This document shows positions 22,921-36,024 of a stretch of DNA of 64,000 nucleotides, in pieces. Within the stretch, counting starts at the first letter, position 1. Every line of letters begins with the position of its first letter. Position numbers and translations under genes: made by a program. Where the stretch lies: assembly GCF_020745735.1 (NCBI RefSeq), contig NW_026867501.1, forward strand, positions 124,001-188,000, read 5' to 3'. The notes under the pieces were generated by a model. That model was not told the origin of the DNA, did not search any database, and saw only the letters and a list, made by a program, of their open reading frames with translations. The DNA comes from Hemiscyllium ocellatum (Eukaryota).

Positions 22921-25900
22921 TGAAATGAGGACTGCAGATGCTGTAGATCAAAGTCAAGTTTAGAGTGGTGCTGAAAAGCACAGCAGGTCAGGCAGCAAAA
23001 TCAACATTTTGGGCATAAGCCCTTCATCAGGTAAAAGGCTAGGAGCCTCCAGAGTGGAGAGATAAATGGGAGGGGGCGGGGGTGAGGAGAATGCACCTAA
23101 GAGTACAATAGTTGGACGGAGGTGGGGATGAAGATGATATGTCGGAGAAGAGGGTGGAGCAGATAAGTGTGAAGGAAGATTCGCAGGTAGGAAAGGTCAT
23201 GAGGATGGTGAAGAGATGTGAAGTTGGAATTGGGTACGGTGGGGGAAGGGAAATGAGGAAACTGGTGAAGTCCACAATGATGCCCTGAGGTCGAAGTGTT
23301 CTGTGGTGGAAAATGAGGCGTTCTTCCTCCAGGCGCCAAGCAGTGAGGGAGTGGCGGTGGAAGAGGCCCAGGATCTGCATGTCCACGGCAGAGTCGTGGA
23401 GGGGCGTAGAAATTTTCGGCCACGGGGCCGTCGGGCTGATTGGTGCCAGTGTTCCGGAGATGTTCCCTTCAGTGCACTGCAACAAGGCGTCCAGTCTCTC
23501 CAATGTAAAGGAGCCCACACCTTTGGAGCCTTGGATGGAGGTGAGGGGACCGTGTGGGCGCAGGTTTTGCAATTCCTGCGGTGGCAGCGGAAGATACCAG
23601 GAGGGGAGGGTGCCTTACGTGGGGCACGAACCTGACCAGGTTGTCACAGAGGCAATGGTCCTTGCGAAAGGTGGATAGAAATGGCGAGGGAAATGTATCC
23701 CTGGCGGTGAGGTCTATTTGTAGGTGGCAGAAATGTCGGCGAATGATGCGGGTAATGCGGAGATTGGTGGAGTGGACGTTGAGGACCTGGGGGTTCAGTC
23801 CTTGTTGCGGTTTGAGGGATGGGCTTTGAAGGCGGAGGTGCAAAACGTTGATGAGATGCGTTAGAGGGTATCTTAGACCATGTCGGAGGAGAACTTACAG
23901 TCTTTAAAGAAGGAGGCCATCTGGTGTTCTCTGTGGTGGAACGGATACAGAGAAGGCAGAGGAATTGGGAACACGAGTTAGCATGGGAAGAGGTGAAATC
24001 CAGTTAGCTGTGGGAGTCGATGGGTTTGTAAAAATATGTCACTTTTGAATTGATCGTCATTAATGGAGTGGTCGAGGTCTAGGAAGGGGAGGGAGGTGTA
24101 CAGATTGTGCACGTTAATTTAAAGTCGAGGTGGAATGTGTTGGTGAAGTTGATGAAATGCTGAACCCTCTCACGGGAGCACGAAGTGGCACTGATGCAGC
24201 CATCAATGTAGTAGAGGAAGAGGTGGGGAGTGGTGCCAGTGTAACTACGGCTGATGGACTGTTCTACATAACCAACAAAGAGACAAGCATAGTTGGGGTC
24301 CAGGCGGGTGTCCACTGATACCTCTTTCATCTAGAGGAAGTGGGAGCATTCGATTGAGAAAATGTTAAGTGGGAGGGCCAATTCAGCCAAACGAATGAGA
24401 GTGTCAGCGGAAGGGAACTGGTGGGTACCTCTGGAGAGGAAGAAACGGAGGGCTTGGATGCCTACTCATGGCGGGTGGATGTCCATAGTGACGATGAGGC
24501 GTTGGGAGCTGGGAAAATGGAAGTCTTGGTGGAAGTGGTGGGCTTGGGTGTTGTATCGAACGTACGTGGGGAGTTCCTGGACTAGGGAGATAGGACAGTA
24601 TTGAGGTAGGTGGAGAAGAGTTCGGTGGGGCAGGAGTAGGCTGAGACGATTGGTCGGCTGGGGTGGTCAGGCTGGTGGATATTCGGAAGGAGGTAGAATT
24701 GCTCACTGCGAGGTTTCCAAAATCTGAGTTTGGAAGCTGTGGGTGGGAGACCTCCTGATGTGATGAGGTTATGTATGGTCTGGGAGATGATGGTTTGAAG
24801 TTGGGGGGTGAGGTCTTGATCGAGGGAGCAGCAGGAGGAGGTGCCTTTGAGTTGGGGCCTGGCTTCATTGGTGTAGTTGTCAGTGCACCCCCTTTATCAG
24901 CTGGTTTGATGATGAGATTGGGATTGCAGCAGAGGGAGTCGAGACTTTGCGTTGGGAGGGCGTGAGTTTCGAGTGAGGGAGGAGGCAGATAGGTTGAGAC
25001 GGTAAATGTCTCGGTGGCAGATGGAAAGGAAAAGATCGAGTGTAGGTAATAGGCCAGTATGGCGCGTCCAGTGGATGGTCTGTGTTGGACGTGAATGAAG
25101 GGGTCCTCGGAAGGTGGGCAGGCATCCTGATTGAAAACATAAGCACGGAGGCGGAGGCAGTGGAAGAAGTGTTTGACGTTCCAACGAGGATTGAATTCGT
25201 TGATGGAAGGACAGAAGGGGATGAAGGTAAGGCCTTTGCTCTGGACTTATCGCTCATCCTCAGTGAGCGGGAGATCTGAATGGATAGTAAAAAGTCGGCA
25301 GGGCTCGGAGCTAGGACCTGGTATAGGTATGGCACAGGGAGTGGGGTCAGAGACTGTAAATGGAGTGGGAGAGGTGGTGGGGAGATGGGGGTATCATTAC
25401 CAAAGATGATCTTTCCCTCATGCTTCTTGGATGCGGAGATTGTGACAGTGGGATATGTAGGGGGCGTGTCGGCAGTATGCAAGTGAATGGCGTTGGTGAG
25501 GGCACAAGTGTTAGCAACGACTGAAGTTGGGGGCAGAAGTAGCGGAACGTGTGACGTCAGCGTAGAATGGAGGGACGGAAGTGATGTCACGCATGTTGTA
25601 TTTGGAATGTTTGGGGGCAGAAGTGACTCCAGAAGCGGCCGCGTTTGGGGCGGAAGTGACGTCATCGATCACCGTGGGTTGGGTGCCTCGTGGGTAATGG
25701 AGGGCAACCATGTCAGGAGGTCGAGTGAAGCTGCTGGAAAGTTTGAGGAATGCTGGTTATGGAGGTGGGTATATAAAGGTTGGCTGTGCTTACAGTTTTA
25801 TTGATATTTGAGATGTTGCAGAAAATCTGATTGTTGAGAGTATGCCTTATTCTTAGGATATGTTCCAGAAGGGGCCCTTTGCAGTTCTGACAGTGTGGCC

Positions 25901-26705
25901 CTCAGTGGAGGCACAGCTCACTGTACAGAGGTTAGGTGGTGGCACATGGTTGCGAGTGTTGAGTGGAGAATCCTGAAGGAAAACCATTGTTGATATTTTC
26001 AGTCTGTACTGGTTGTCCTGTTGGGATCTAAACTGTGCTGGTTTGAATGTAGTTCGGTTTTCATGTGGGATCCGTTGGTTCTGGAGGCAAACACTGAGGA
26101 GACCGATGTAGCTGTGGTCTCGAGTCTGTTTCAGGACATGGTTGAAGAGCTTCAGGGCAGAGGAAATGATCTGGGGGTTGAAGTAAGAGAGAGACTCACT
26201 GAGATCTTTGTAGAGAGAGGGGAACTTCTTCAAGGACGGCATCCTTGCAAGAGGATTCGCACTAAGATTAAAATCAACTTGGCGAAAGTGAGGACTGCAG
26301 ATGCTGGAGATCAGAGTCAAGATTAGATTGGTGCTGGAAAAGCACAGCAGGTCAGGCAGCATCCGTGGAGCAGGAAAACCGGCGTTTTGGGCAAAAGCTC
26401 TTCAGCAGGAATGAGGCTGGAAGCGTTTGGTGTGGAGAAATAGATGTGAGGGGGTTGGGGTTGAGGAGAAGGTAACTAACAGTCCAATACGTGGATGGAG
26501 GTGAGGATGAAGGTGATAGGTCGGAGAGGAGGGTGGAACAGATCAATTGGAAGGAAGATTAGCAGGTAGGGCAGGTCATGAGGATAATGCTGAGTTGGAA
26601 GGTTGGAACTCAGGTAAGGTGGGGGAGGGGAAATAAGGAATCTGGTAAAGTCCACATTGATGGTCTGGGTTTGAGGCCTTCAAAACTGGAAGATGAGCCG
26701 TCTTC
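22921..26705 (-). mobile_element. Near full-length decayed Penelope-like retroelement with direct pseudo-LTR repeats
   Basis: Minus-strand RT motifs (PNYACLFVGYVEQS...LFLYYIDGC...FINFTNTFH) and GIY-YIG (LLYIGETGR). About 400-bp diverged direct repeats at 22921-23330 and 26285-26705 (GAGGACTGCAGATGCTG...AGCACAGCAGGTCAGGCAGC). Confidence 0.85.
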
Positions 26706-28091
26706 TGTCAACTACAAAGCCTTTCATTTTTAATCAGTGTTGTTACTGTATAGTAAGAGATTAATTATTGACAGTTACATGGTCAACGTAAACACTCCCA
26801 TCATGCAAAAGAATAATTTGCATTATCTTTCGAAATGTGGAGATTTCTGGAAGTGTCAAACAACATTGAACAGACGTGTTCTGTTTCCGTTACAGCTCTT
26901 CATTGCTGCATATATAAAATGGCGACTTTAGAGAGGAAATCACAGTTAAACCTGTACCTGATGGGTTGAAGTCCACAATAAGTTCGAGAGAACGACAGAT
27001 TTTGCTTCCAGCACGATTTTTTTTGAAATAAATGGATTTTAATCCAAACCAGTACTCCCTTCAAATACTAGCACGAATTCCAGATGTTTGTTTGATTAAC
27101 TAAATTCAAGTTACCACGTTGCATGAGCAGAATTCAGATCATGAAATGACATTGTTATTCCAGAACGAGAGAATTTGTGATCCGGTGCACAACATTGATG
27201 TTAACAAAGCTGGACTTCGGCAATGACGAGTTTGGAGCTTCCTTTTCTCAAAATATTAGTGCAATAGTCTTGCCTACAAAACCTCTAAATGCACAAGTTG
27301 CCACAACATTTTGCTCCATAATTGTGCCTCATTATTATTGTTATTATTCCTGTCATGAAATACTTCACTCCACACTTGTAAAAAAGCGGAATTTATATCG
27401 AGTTCAAATTGAAGCCTTTCTTCCCTTCTTTGAATTTAAACTTTCAGACACACTTGTCAATTTATGTCGGTTTTAAGCAAGTTAAATCACCGAAGAAGCG
27501 ATGATAATCCGACCTTCATTGACTGTGAAATTAAAATACAGATAAGAACCTGATTCACACTCTTTGTGCATACTAATAATTTTGGTGCAAAGGTTTTCAT
27601 TTCCATTTTGCATCATAGTGAGAATTGCGTTTTGTCCATTGTAACTTACGCAGTTCATAGAGCAGTTACTCGTGTTACTGCTGAAATGGGACCATTCAAT
27701 GAATTGGATTTCCTACACATTGTATTTAGAGAGACACGAGAAAAGGGCATTTGTGTTCAGACACAGTATATAATTGTGATGTAGAGAGCTCTGACGATTG
27801 GGAGAGTCAGACAGGTTCTCGGGGGACTGCAAATACATAGATGCAGACAAAGACAGTATATGGAAACAGGAAAACAACCGGAAAACGTAATATTCTCTGA
27901 ACAACAGTGATTGGTGTTCTACTTTCGTCAGCTCTGAGCGGTCAAGCAATCCTGTTTCATCCGAAACGCATCCTCTCTTTTTCGCCAGGACAAAGTGTGC
28001 ACCTGATCTGACTTCACTGTTCCACATCGGATTGGAGTTCTTATCTTATTTCATAGACTCCGTTATTACTGTGCAAATGTGGAGAAAGAAA

Positions 28092-28523
28092 ATGTTCCTC
28101 CCGTACTCCTTACTAATAATAGTGGTGGTGCTGCGTGGTAAGTCTATGTTTAAGCATGCAATATCTCCTACACGAGTGATGTTCCCTCCGAGACATTCGA
28201 TATATTTGTCTTTTTGCAGGAACTAATGGCGAAGATGCAGTTTTCCAAGATCCACACGAAGTAATGGTCCTGGAGCGAGAGAATATAACATTGAATTGCA
28301 GCTACTCGACATCTTCTTTTAAAGCTCTGTTCTGGTACATTCAGCATCCTGGGGATGAACCGAGATATTTCGTGAAAATATACAGCACGGGGAAGGTAGA
28401 AAGGTCTAAAGAATTTCAAGACAGATTCTCTGCTGTTTTGAACAGGCAAAGCCAGACGTTTTCTTTAAAAGTCTCTCCAGTTCTTCTCACCGATAGCGTC
28501 ATGTATTTCTGTGCCATGGAGCC
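28092..28523 (+). CDS. Apparently functional TCR alpha/delta V segment (leader 28092-28137, V exon 28220-28523)
   Basis: MFLPYSLLIIVVVLR|G with a GTAAGT donor, an 82-bp intron and a TTGCAG acceptor, then TNGEDAVFQDPHEVMVLERENITLNCSYSTSSFKALFWYIQHPGDEPRYFVKIYSTGKVERSKEFQDRFSAVLNRQSQTFSLKVSPVLLTDSVMYFCAME. Both Cys and Trp intact. Confidence 0.93.
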
Positions 28524-28561
28524 CACACTGCTGCAGATATCGTCGTCCCTGCACAAAAACC
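28524..28561 (+). promoter_or_regulatory. V RSS (22-bp spacer)
   Basis: CACACTG, 22 bp, ACAAAAACC. Confidence 0.9.
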
Positions 28562-30639
28562 CACACTGAGAGTTCCAATTTATGTCCAGTTGAGGGTGCT
28601 GTCACAACGATAAACCAAAACTATAATCCAGCCTCAAGAACATTAGACACAGAATCATTCATGAAATATGAAAACAAAGCACAACACTTCTTCTCAAATT
28701 TCGCTTGCAATCGCCGGAACATGAAGTTTATAAATTGTGATGTTGTACACTGAAGATGTTGCTCGTTGATGAGGTTATGTTGGCCTTTTTTTATATATAT
28801 TTCTTTTTAGACGTGTCGTAAAGGAAGAGATTCGAACTGTTCTGAAGGCATCTCATTGAAAAGGCATTTCAACTTTGTTTCAAGAAAAATCTATCTTGTG
28901 CAATAAAAGTCAGTAGGCCATTATCCCACTTCAGGTTTTGGTTTGGTTGGAGCAAGCAATCAATTTGAGGCTGCTGGTCAAATAAACAGCTTCATGATGA
29001 TCCTTTCTCTTTCTCTTGACATCTCTTCTGTACGAACTTCCGTTTTATTTTACCTTTTTTTTCAAGGGGAAATTTATGGGGATGCTCCACGTATTTGGAA
29101 TAGCATCACTAAGTTGCAATAGTGTCCATTGGGTTTTCAGATAGTTTAAGATACTCTCAATTCTGTTCTCTTTTGTTTGCGTTTCGTTCTTTAGTCTGCA
29201 AATAAATTCTATTTTGTTTAAAAATGAGTGATTGGACCAGTTGCATCACACCTAAAATATTCACTTACAGCTGTTGAAAGCAACCAGAAAAGTTAGGATC
29301 TGGGCTGCATTCCTGTAATGATTTGTTGGGTTATGGTCTGGTCCAGAAAAAGATTCATGTATATTTAGACATCTTTCAAATGTATTTTCCTGTATACTTT
29401 ACTTGCATCTCTTTCTTCCTGTCTACTGTCTGTTTGTTAATCCCGTTGAAAGCTGTTGCTATTCAAGATTATCTGATCAGAACCACACTGCTTCATGAAT
29501 ATTTACATAAAATGAGCACATTTTACAAGTTAAGTTTGAAATTTTCACTCTCGAGAGCAGACTCCCCACAATTCTGATTGTTTTCTCCGATATCCGTTCA
29601 TTGCTTTCTGACGATAATCATGAAATAATACTCACCTCTAAATTGACCGCACAATTGCTACAAGCCCATCTCGACAATATAAGCATTATGCAGGCATTAA
29701 TGGCGATTGGGATTGGTCTAGTTCATTGAGAGCTAGTCTCCGTCAGGCAAGCTTCAAAACATTACCTTGTACACAATAATGTGAGCTTTCAGCATCGTGT
29801 AATATGACAGAAGGTTCTTCAGGGTTGATTTAAAATGTGTTTCTTCCAACCTCATATCTCTTACTGAACAATAGTCATTGCAGTCCTCGAGTATTTCCAT
29901 TACGTGGCGCGAAGAGATGATGAAGGGGATGTGTGCAGTGCAATTTGGAATAAAAAATAATTTCATCTCATTTCCAAATTGTGATATTCGTCTGAATTGC
30001 AAACACTGGTCTTATGTTAATTCTCTTTCATATTTGTTTGAAATCTGTTCTCTGCCTCAACTTAAGATGTATTCAACTGTTAACACAGGAGGAGGACTGA
30101 GTGTTTTGAGCTTTGCTGATGACATTACATGGACTATCTCTATATCTTCTATGAGGGAATGATTCCAGTCAAGCGATGCTTACGGAGCTGATGTTACTTG
30201 TGCTGGCAGGTAATTGGAGCAGTGATCGACAAAAACAACAGCGTTCGGGTAGTCAGACATCGTTTTGAAGTGCAGAAAGCGGACTTTGAAGAGTAGCTCG
30301 CCAGCATGTTTCAGAGCAACTATTTAAGATGGATATCAGTCTCACTCATGATTCACCTGTTTTGGTTGAGCGTGATCTACTGGAGGATTCTATTCAATCT
30401 GTTTCAGAATGGTGATATTAATCGAGTTGGGATTTAATCCTTTATAAGCAATAACAAGAATATTGCACCTTCCCCAAAACTTTGATTGGAACTTATCTGA
30501 CTCAAACTCATGTTGGTGTTGGTGGTAATTGTAATTATTGTTCAGCCTTACTGCATCACTTTTCAAAATTCAGGTAACTGCAGTTTCGAAAGAATAGCAA
30601 GGCATTGGAGTTCATAAAATCGATATATATTACGTATTA

Positions 30640-30810
30640 GCTTGTAGTACGAACTGAACAAAGACGCTGAGTTTGTTTTCAGCACTCCTGATGAAGGGCT
30701 TATACCTAAAACGTCGATTCTCCTGCTTATCGGATGATGCCTGACCCGTTGCGTTTTTGCAGCACGACCTTCTCGACTCTCATGTCCAATATCGGCAGTC
30801 CTCACTTTTT
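30640..30810 (+). mobile_element. Solo Penelope-type terminal-repeat fragment
   Basis: Reverse-complement similarity to the pseudo-LTR at 22921-23030. Contains CTGATGAAGGGCTTATACCTAAAACG. Confidence 0.7.
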
Positions 30811-33800
30811 CCTGAATTGGTTTTTACATCAACAAGGAGGCTAAAGTAATTCAGTTATTTCAAATGATAAGTATGTTATGTAACAGAAGATGCTTAATTG
30901 TTTCCAGGAGACGAACGTTCTATAATCGGAACGACGAAGGAAAATTGTGTTAATTTAAAGAATTGATGTACATTAAAATCTGAAATGTGTATATTTATTT
31001 GACAGTGAAGTTTCTAACAGAAACATAACAAGTAAACTGCATAAACGTTGCGTCTGGGTCTGTGCAATTGCGTCGCTCTGCGTGTCTTTCTCAGTGTTTG
31101 TCAAGCTCTATGTGTTTCTATACATATGACTGCGTGTTGGTATGTCAATGGTTTTATCTGTGTGGGCATCTCTACGTTTATATAATACCTGTGAATCTAT
31201 GTGCAATTTTCTGTATATGTGTGTGCGCGCGCGCTTCACTGTGTGGCTATCTTTATGAGTGTTTGTAACTATTTGCAAAGAAGTGCATCCTTTCGTGTGC
31301 ATCTGTGCATGCACATCTGTGTGCAATAATTGATAAACTTCATCTCAGAGGCTGCATGAATGAAAAAGTATCAATGACTCTCCATCTAGTGATTAAAATT
31401 ATATTATGCAGAAATCTGCTGCCAATCCAATGCAACAGCAAAGCAGAGTTTGCAGTGAACAGCTCTCAAAAAAATATTGGACTCAAAACTTTAAATATGT
31501 TTCTCTCTCCATAGATGCAATCAGACCGACTCAATATCCAAAACATTTAAAGGTTCTTATTTCCGATTTCCAGCACTTTCATTGTTTTATTTTTATTACA
31601 GTTCCTCCACCGCTCTGGAATGAGACAGAATGATAATTTGTAGAATGCCCCATTTAATTTAAAAGATGGGAGAAATTCTCCCACTGAATTGGAATTGAAT
31701 AATTTGCCTTGTCAATCGGTCAGTGGAATAAATAGATCTGATGACTATCGTCAGCCAAGAGACGATGAATGTTTCCAGGAGTGAAACAGTCAGACTGTGT
31801 TTCAGCTGAGATGAGCAATTTGTTAGCATTGTCCTGTTGGTGCCTTGCCTCTGGAACTTTTATGTGAAGAGTAGTAATGTACCAGTCACATCCGTACGTG
31901 AAATTACCGAACTTTTTAACATTTCTCAAATTAAATGAAAAATGTTTGATTAGTAAACCAAAGAGGATGAAGATCTGACATGGAAGTATTCGTCATGTAA
32001 GGTGCCCAAATAGTGGCATTGGTATTCTCTAACAAACAAATTCCCACGCATTGGTCTTACAGGAGAACGAAAAACACACGATAATTGGTGGAAAGCATCC
32101 AAAGAAATAACACCACATTATTCATTGTGAAGTTTCGAAGGGAATTCTTCATATCCCACCCTCCTCATTTACATAGCAGGCAATGATAGTTTTGTAAATC
32201 AGCATTTGTTTTAAGTGAGAAGCATTCTTGATAGATAATAATTTAAAATACACAATTTCCAAATTCGTATAAATCGTAATTTGTTGTTCTCCTCAGATGT
32301 TGATTTTGAAGGAGAAGTGGTGTCTCAAAATTTTAGCTATAATGATTGGCTATATTTTATGCTAATTTTATGCTAATGTTGGCAACAGCCAGAGTCAGTA
32401 TACGTGAACACAACAGTGACGAAGGCAAAACAGATAAACCTCCAAACCTTGACTGGAATAATTAGTTTATCTATTTCTCAATGGCAACTCTTGTCTGTTA
32501 CAAATTTCTGAAACAATAAAAACAGCCCTATCAGTCGATAAAATCTGGTCAAGGCTGGGAGAGCTCCTGTTTTAGGTGTGCATTGTAGAATCGTGGATAG
32601 ATGTAGCAATAATATGTGATGCCCTCTCAGTTGGTCAAGGACATTCAATGTCATATCCAAGCTAACGCAATTTCAAACAATCACACGGTTGTTTCCCAGA
32701 GCAAGTGTGAAAATGACCTGCAACGTTCACTCAGACTGAATGACCCAAAACAGAATCGGATTTTTGGGAAGTGCCTTTCGTTTCCACGGTGAATAATTTG
32801 CTGTCATGCCTCTGGATGTTTCCGTTTCAACAAGTATGCCTCTCCGGATCTGCGAAAGCTTTCAGTGGCGAGCTGTCTGCGCTTGAATGCTGACATGATA
32901 ATTAGATGTCCTGATACCAGAGAACCGGATGAAGCTGAGTTGTGTGGAAATCCTTTTTTGTTAATCGTGATTAGCAAACTCCGGATTGTTAACCATGAAA
33001 TAGAACGATCCAGTAATATGAGAAGATTACTGAAGATCAATGATTATTCAAAATAATTTGCATTTGGATTTTGTTTTCGACATCACGGTCACTCTTTGAC
33101 AAAATCTGCTCGTAGCATATAAACTGTTCCTTATGTGGCAACAATCTCTGATCAACTAAACACAATGAAAATGATGGTGTCAAATTGGCCGCAAAATTGT
33201 CGGGGGAGATAAGCGATACTGCATAATATAATCGGGAGGCAAAGATCATGAACAAAAATGTAAATGTCATTGAAAGTGATCCAATAAATTTATGAAAAGC
33301 TTTGAATAGTAAGTAATAAATTATATAAACGAGTATACATTTGCAAGTGATCCTCGCCTACTCTTGATGTGGCTTGTTCTTTACTATGATTTTTCAGACA
33401 ATTCCCTGATACTCAAAGAAGAGGTTAAATAATTGCCCAGCTTACAGCGTGATGGATCCCTCTAGGAGACACTACTTGGAACTCTGAGCGTGCGCTTTTA
33501 TACAGAATAAGCGGTAACTCTGTAGCAGAGTAAGGGTTTCAAAACAATCAAATAAACAGCACTTTCGTAAGGAAAATTCCCAGAGATGCATAAAGGGACA
33601 GGTTTATTTTCTTTGTGAAAAAGTCTTGTAATTTTGGACACGTCTATTCATCCTCCACATTACATATCTTCAGGAAATATCTCAGAATTCCCAGGTGATG
33701 TTGAATGCATCAGCATATAATTTGGCAATGTGAACATCGGTAAGTGCAGTCCAGTTTTATGTTCTCTCCCTCCTGGACGTTAATTCAGATTGCAACATTG

Positions 33801-34907
33801 AGTCATTATCACGCGTTCCTGAGAGGTGCATGCAAAGTTCCTCTGCAGTCACACTGTAAAAATAATCCCTAGAAGACACGCCAGCTACTTAAAGCACATT
33901 TAACAATTAACAACATCATTTCTATCAGTAAATAATATACACAGCCTGTCATGCCTGTTTAACCACGAGCATCTCCCTTCGGCAGAATTCGGTTCTCTGT
34001 AAGAACAAAACCCCAATCAACAAAAGCTGAAAATTTTAACAAGCGCTGATTAATTCTTTGAATTTATCAGCGCCTCTTTGTCACCATCTTTTTGCTCGAT
34101 ATCTGTTTCTCTGTTAGGTGAATGTCCTACTGAAATATGCATTATGTCTGCCATAAAATGTTTGGCAATATATGCGATATTTGGAGAGAACAAAGAGCGA
34201 GACAGATTTGACCAACGACACCAGCAGGTGGCGAAAATTACGTTGTGGTGTTTACACTTCAATTTGGCGCTCAAACTGCATCAATAAATGTTCTTTCCCC
34301 TTCCTTAAATCCAGTGAAAGAATAATAATCAAAGACCAGAAGGAAAGTAAACCAAATATTGACTGAAGAAGGAAGAAAGAGGAAAATTGAGAGACGCACA
34401 ATTAAAAGTGAAGCAGTGAAGGTGTTCAGTGATGCTCTGACAGCACTTGAGGGAAAAAGCAAGAAATTATGTCAGGTTCTATAATTTCAAAACTACAATG
34501 ACTATTTCATATGGAAGTGTGACGGAAATCGCTTCTTTATGTAGTATTGAATCAGTTGCGATGTAGTAAAATGGAAGCGACTGTGAGAGAAGGAGGGAGA
34601 GAAATCAACAGAAAGGGGGTGGAGACACAGAAGAGGGAGAGAGATAATTTTCACTTGTACTTTCAAAAGGACATTATTTGAAGCAAACCAATCACAGAGT
34701 CTGACGTAGAATTACGTCTCGTGACGATGACACACAATAATCTGTTGTGCAGCAGGTCGGCAGTCAGACTGTCTCGCGACCAGGAGATTTGAAAGGTCTC
34801 CCCTCTCACCCACATACTCACATAGCTACCATTGACATTCTTGGTCCGAGGACTCAGTTTTAGTCTGGAAACCAACGCTTCATTGTGTCGCCTCTGTTTT
34901 CATCATA

Positions 34908-35335
34908 ATGAACATAAAGACCTGCAATGATCTTTTTCCAGTTGGTGCTCTGATGTTCTTGATATTTTGTGAGTTTGTTTTTCTAATCAGATGCCGTGTT
35001 TTATCAATATTATAATACCTCCTGATTTTTGATTGACATTTCTTCCATTACAGCATCCCAGTGTGCGGATCAGATCTCACATGTATATGAGGTAGTGTCA
35101 AAGGAAGGGGAGCAGGTTGAATTGGACTGTCAGCTTGCCGTTAGTTCGACAGAAAGAGTAGCCTGGTACAGACAAACACTGATAGGGGCTCCGACATTTA
35201 TCGGGTCCATATATCAGGGCAATGAATCTAAAGGTCGCTACATGCTGTCCTTAGACCGAGTGAAGAAGTTCAACATCATCTCAATTGATGATACCGTGGT
35301 CGAGGACGCCGTAATATATTACTGTGCGATGTAAG
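34908..35335 (+). CDS. Probably functional TCR alpha/delta V segment (leader 34908-34968, V exon 35054-35335)
   Basis: MNIKTCNDLFPVGALMFLIF with a phase-1 GTGAGT donor and a TTACAG acceptor, then SSQCADQISHVYEVVSKEGEQVELDCQLAVSSTERVAWYRQTLIGAPTFIGSIYQGNESKGRYMLSLDRVKKFNIISIDDTVVEDAVIYYCAM followed by TAA G. RSS is CACAGTT (35336-35342), 23 bp, ACAATATCT (35366-35374). Confidence 0.88.
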
Positions 35336-35603
35336 CACAGTTAGACAATGTGTGAATCCCATTGCACAATATCTTGGCGGTTCCATGTCTCTGCTGCCAT
35401 GTTTAACTTTATACTTGTGTTGAGTATTACGCATGATAAAGCTATTTCAGAACGTTTTTTCCTGTTACTGTAGGGTGAAGCTACAAAATCTTATTAACTA
35501 TTACTCCAGACAAGTATGGGAAGGGCCATCAATCGATGTTCTCTCTTCTGTTGTGTTATATTTAAAGTTGAATGGCAGACAGAAAAACAGCTTTGCCTTT
35601 AAT

Positions 35604-36024
35604 ATGCCACGACAGAGAGAAATGCTTATTTCACTGACACTTTATTTAGTTCTCGTTAAAGAAACGTTAAGTTGACTTTGTAAACTTCTGATCTTGTTTT
35701 GCAGCTATTCCTTGCCAGTCAGAAGGAGTCCTGATATCTATTTATCAGGGAATAGTCGGACAAAACATTTCACTCCAACACACCGTTACTATTTCCACGA
35801 ATGACTTTGTGGTCTGGTACAGACAGCTCTCCAAACAAGCTCCCGAGTACCTCGTCTCAACATTCAGGGATGAAAGAATTGAAGGAAGATTTAAAGTATC
35901 TGTGGACAGTGAGAAAGGCTCCACCACTCTGGCTGTTAACACAGTTGAGCTGTCAGACACCGCGGTCTATTACAGTGCAGTCAGACACAGTGAAACAAAA
36001 AGAGCATGAGGCTGTACAACAACC
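35604..36024 (+). pseudogene. TCR alpha/delta V with open V exon but both canonical cysteines lost and no usable leader intron
   Basis: The V exon from 35705 reads IPCQSEGVLISIYQGIVGQNISLQHTVTISTNDFVVWYRQLSKQAPEYLVSTFRDERIEGRFKVSVDSEKGSTTLAVNTVELSDTAVYYSAVR (first Cys now H, second now S). RSS is CACAGTG (35986-35992), 23 bp, ACAACAACC. For leader MLISLTLYLVLVKETL the only phase-1 GT leaves a 34-bp intron. Confidence 0.85.

Noticed and set aside
23039-25804. Many long overlapping ORFs as host genes
   Set aside because: They are sense and antisense frames of the GC-skewed Penelope-like element.
27480-27720. Minus-strand GTAAGT donor and FTVNEG-like peptide suggesting another V
   Set aside because: No Cys/Trp framework, FR3 or RSS could be recovered downstream.
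29290-29700. Minus-strand donor plus LTC...VWF and IITGMQP...C fragments suggesting a very old V
   Set aside because: Needs many frameshifts, has no RSS, and cannot be distinguished from chance by eye.
11794-30237. Isolated RSS half-sites (CACTGTG at 11794; ACAAAAACA at 30229)
   Set aside because: No partner motif at 12 or 23 bp and no adjacent coding segment.
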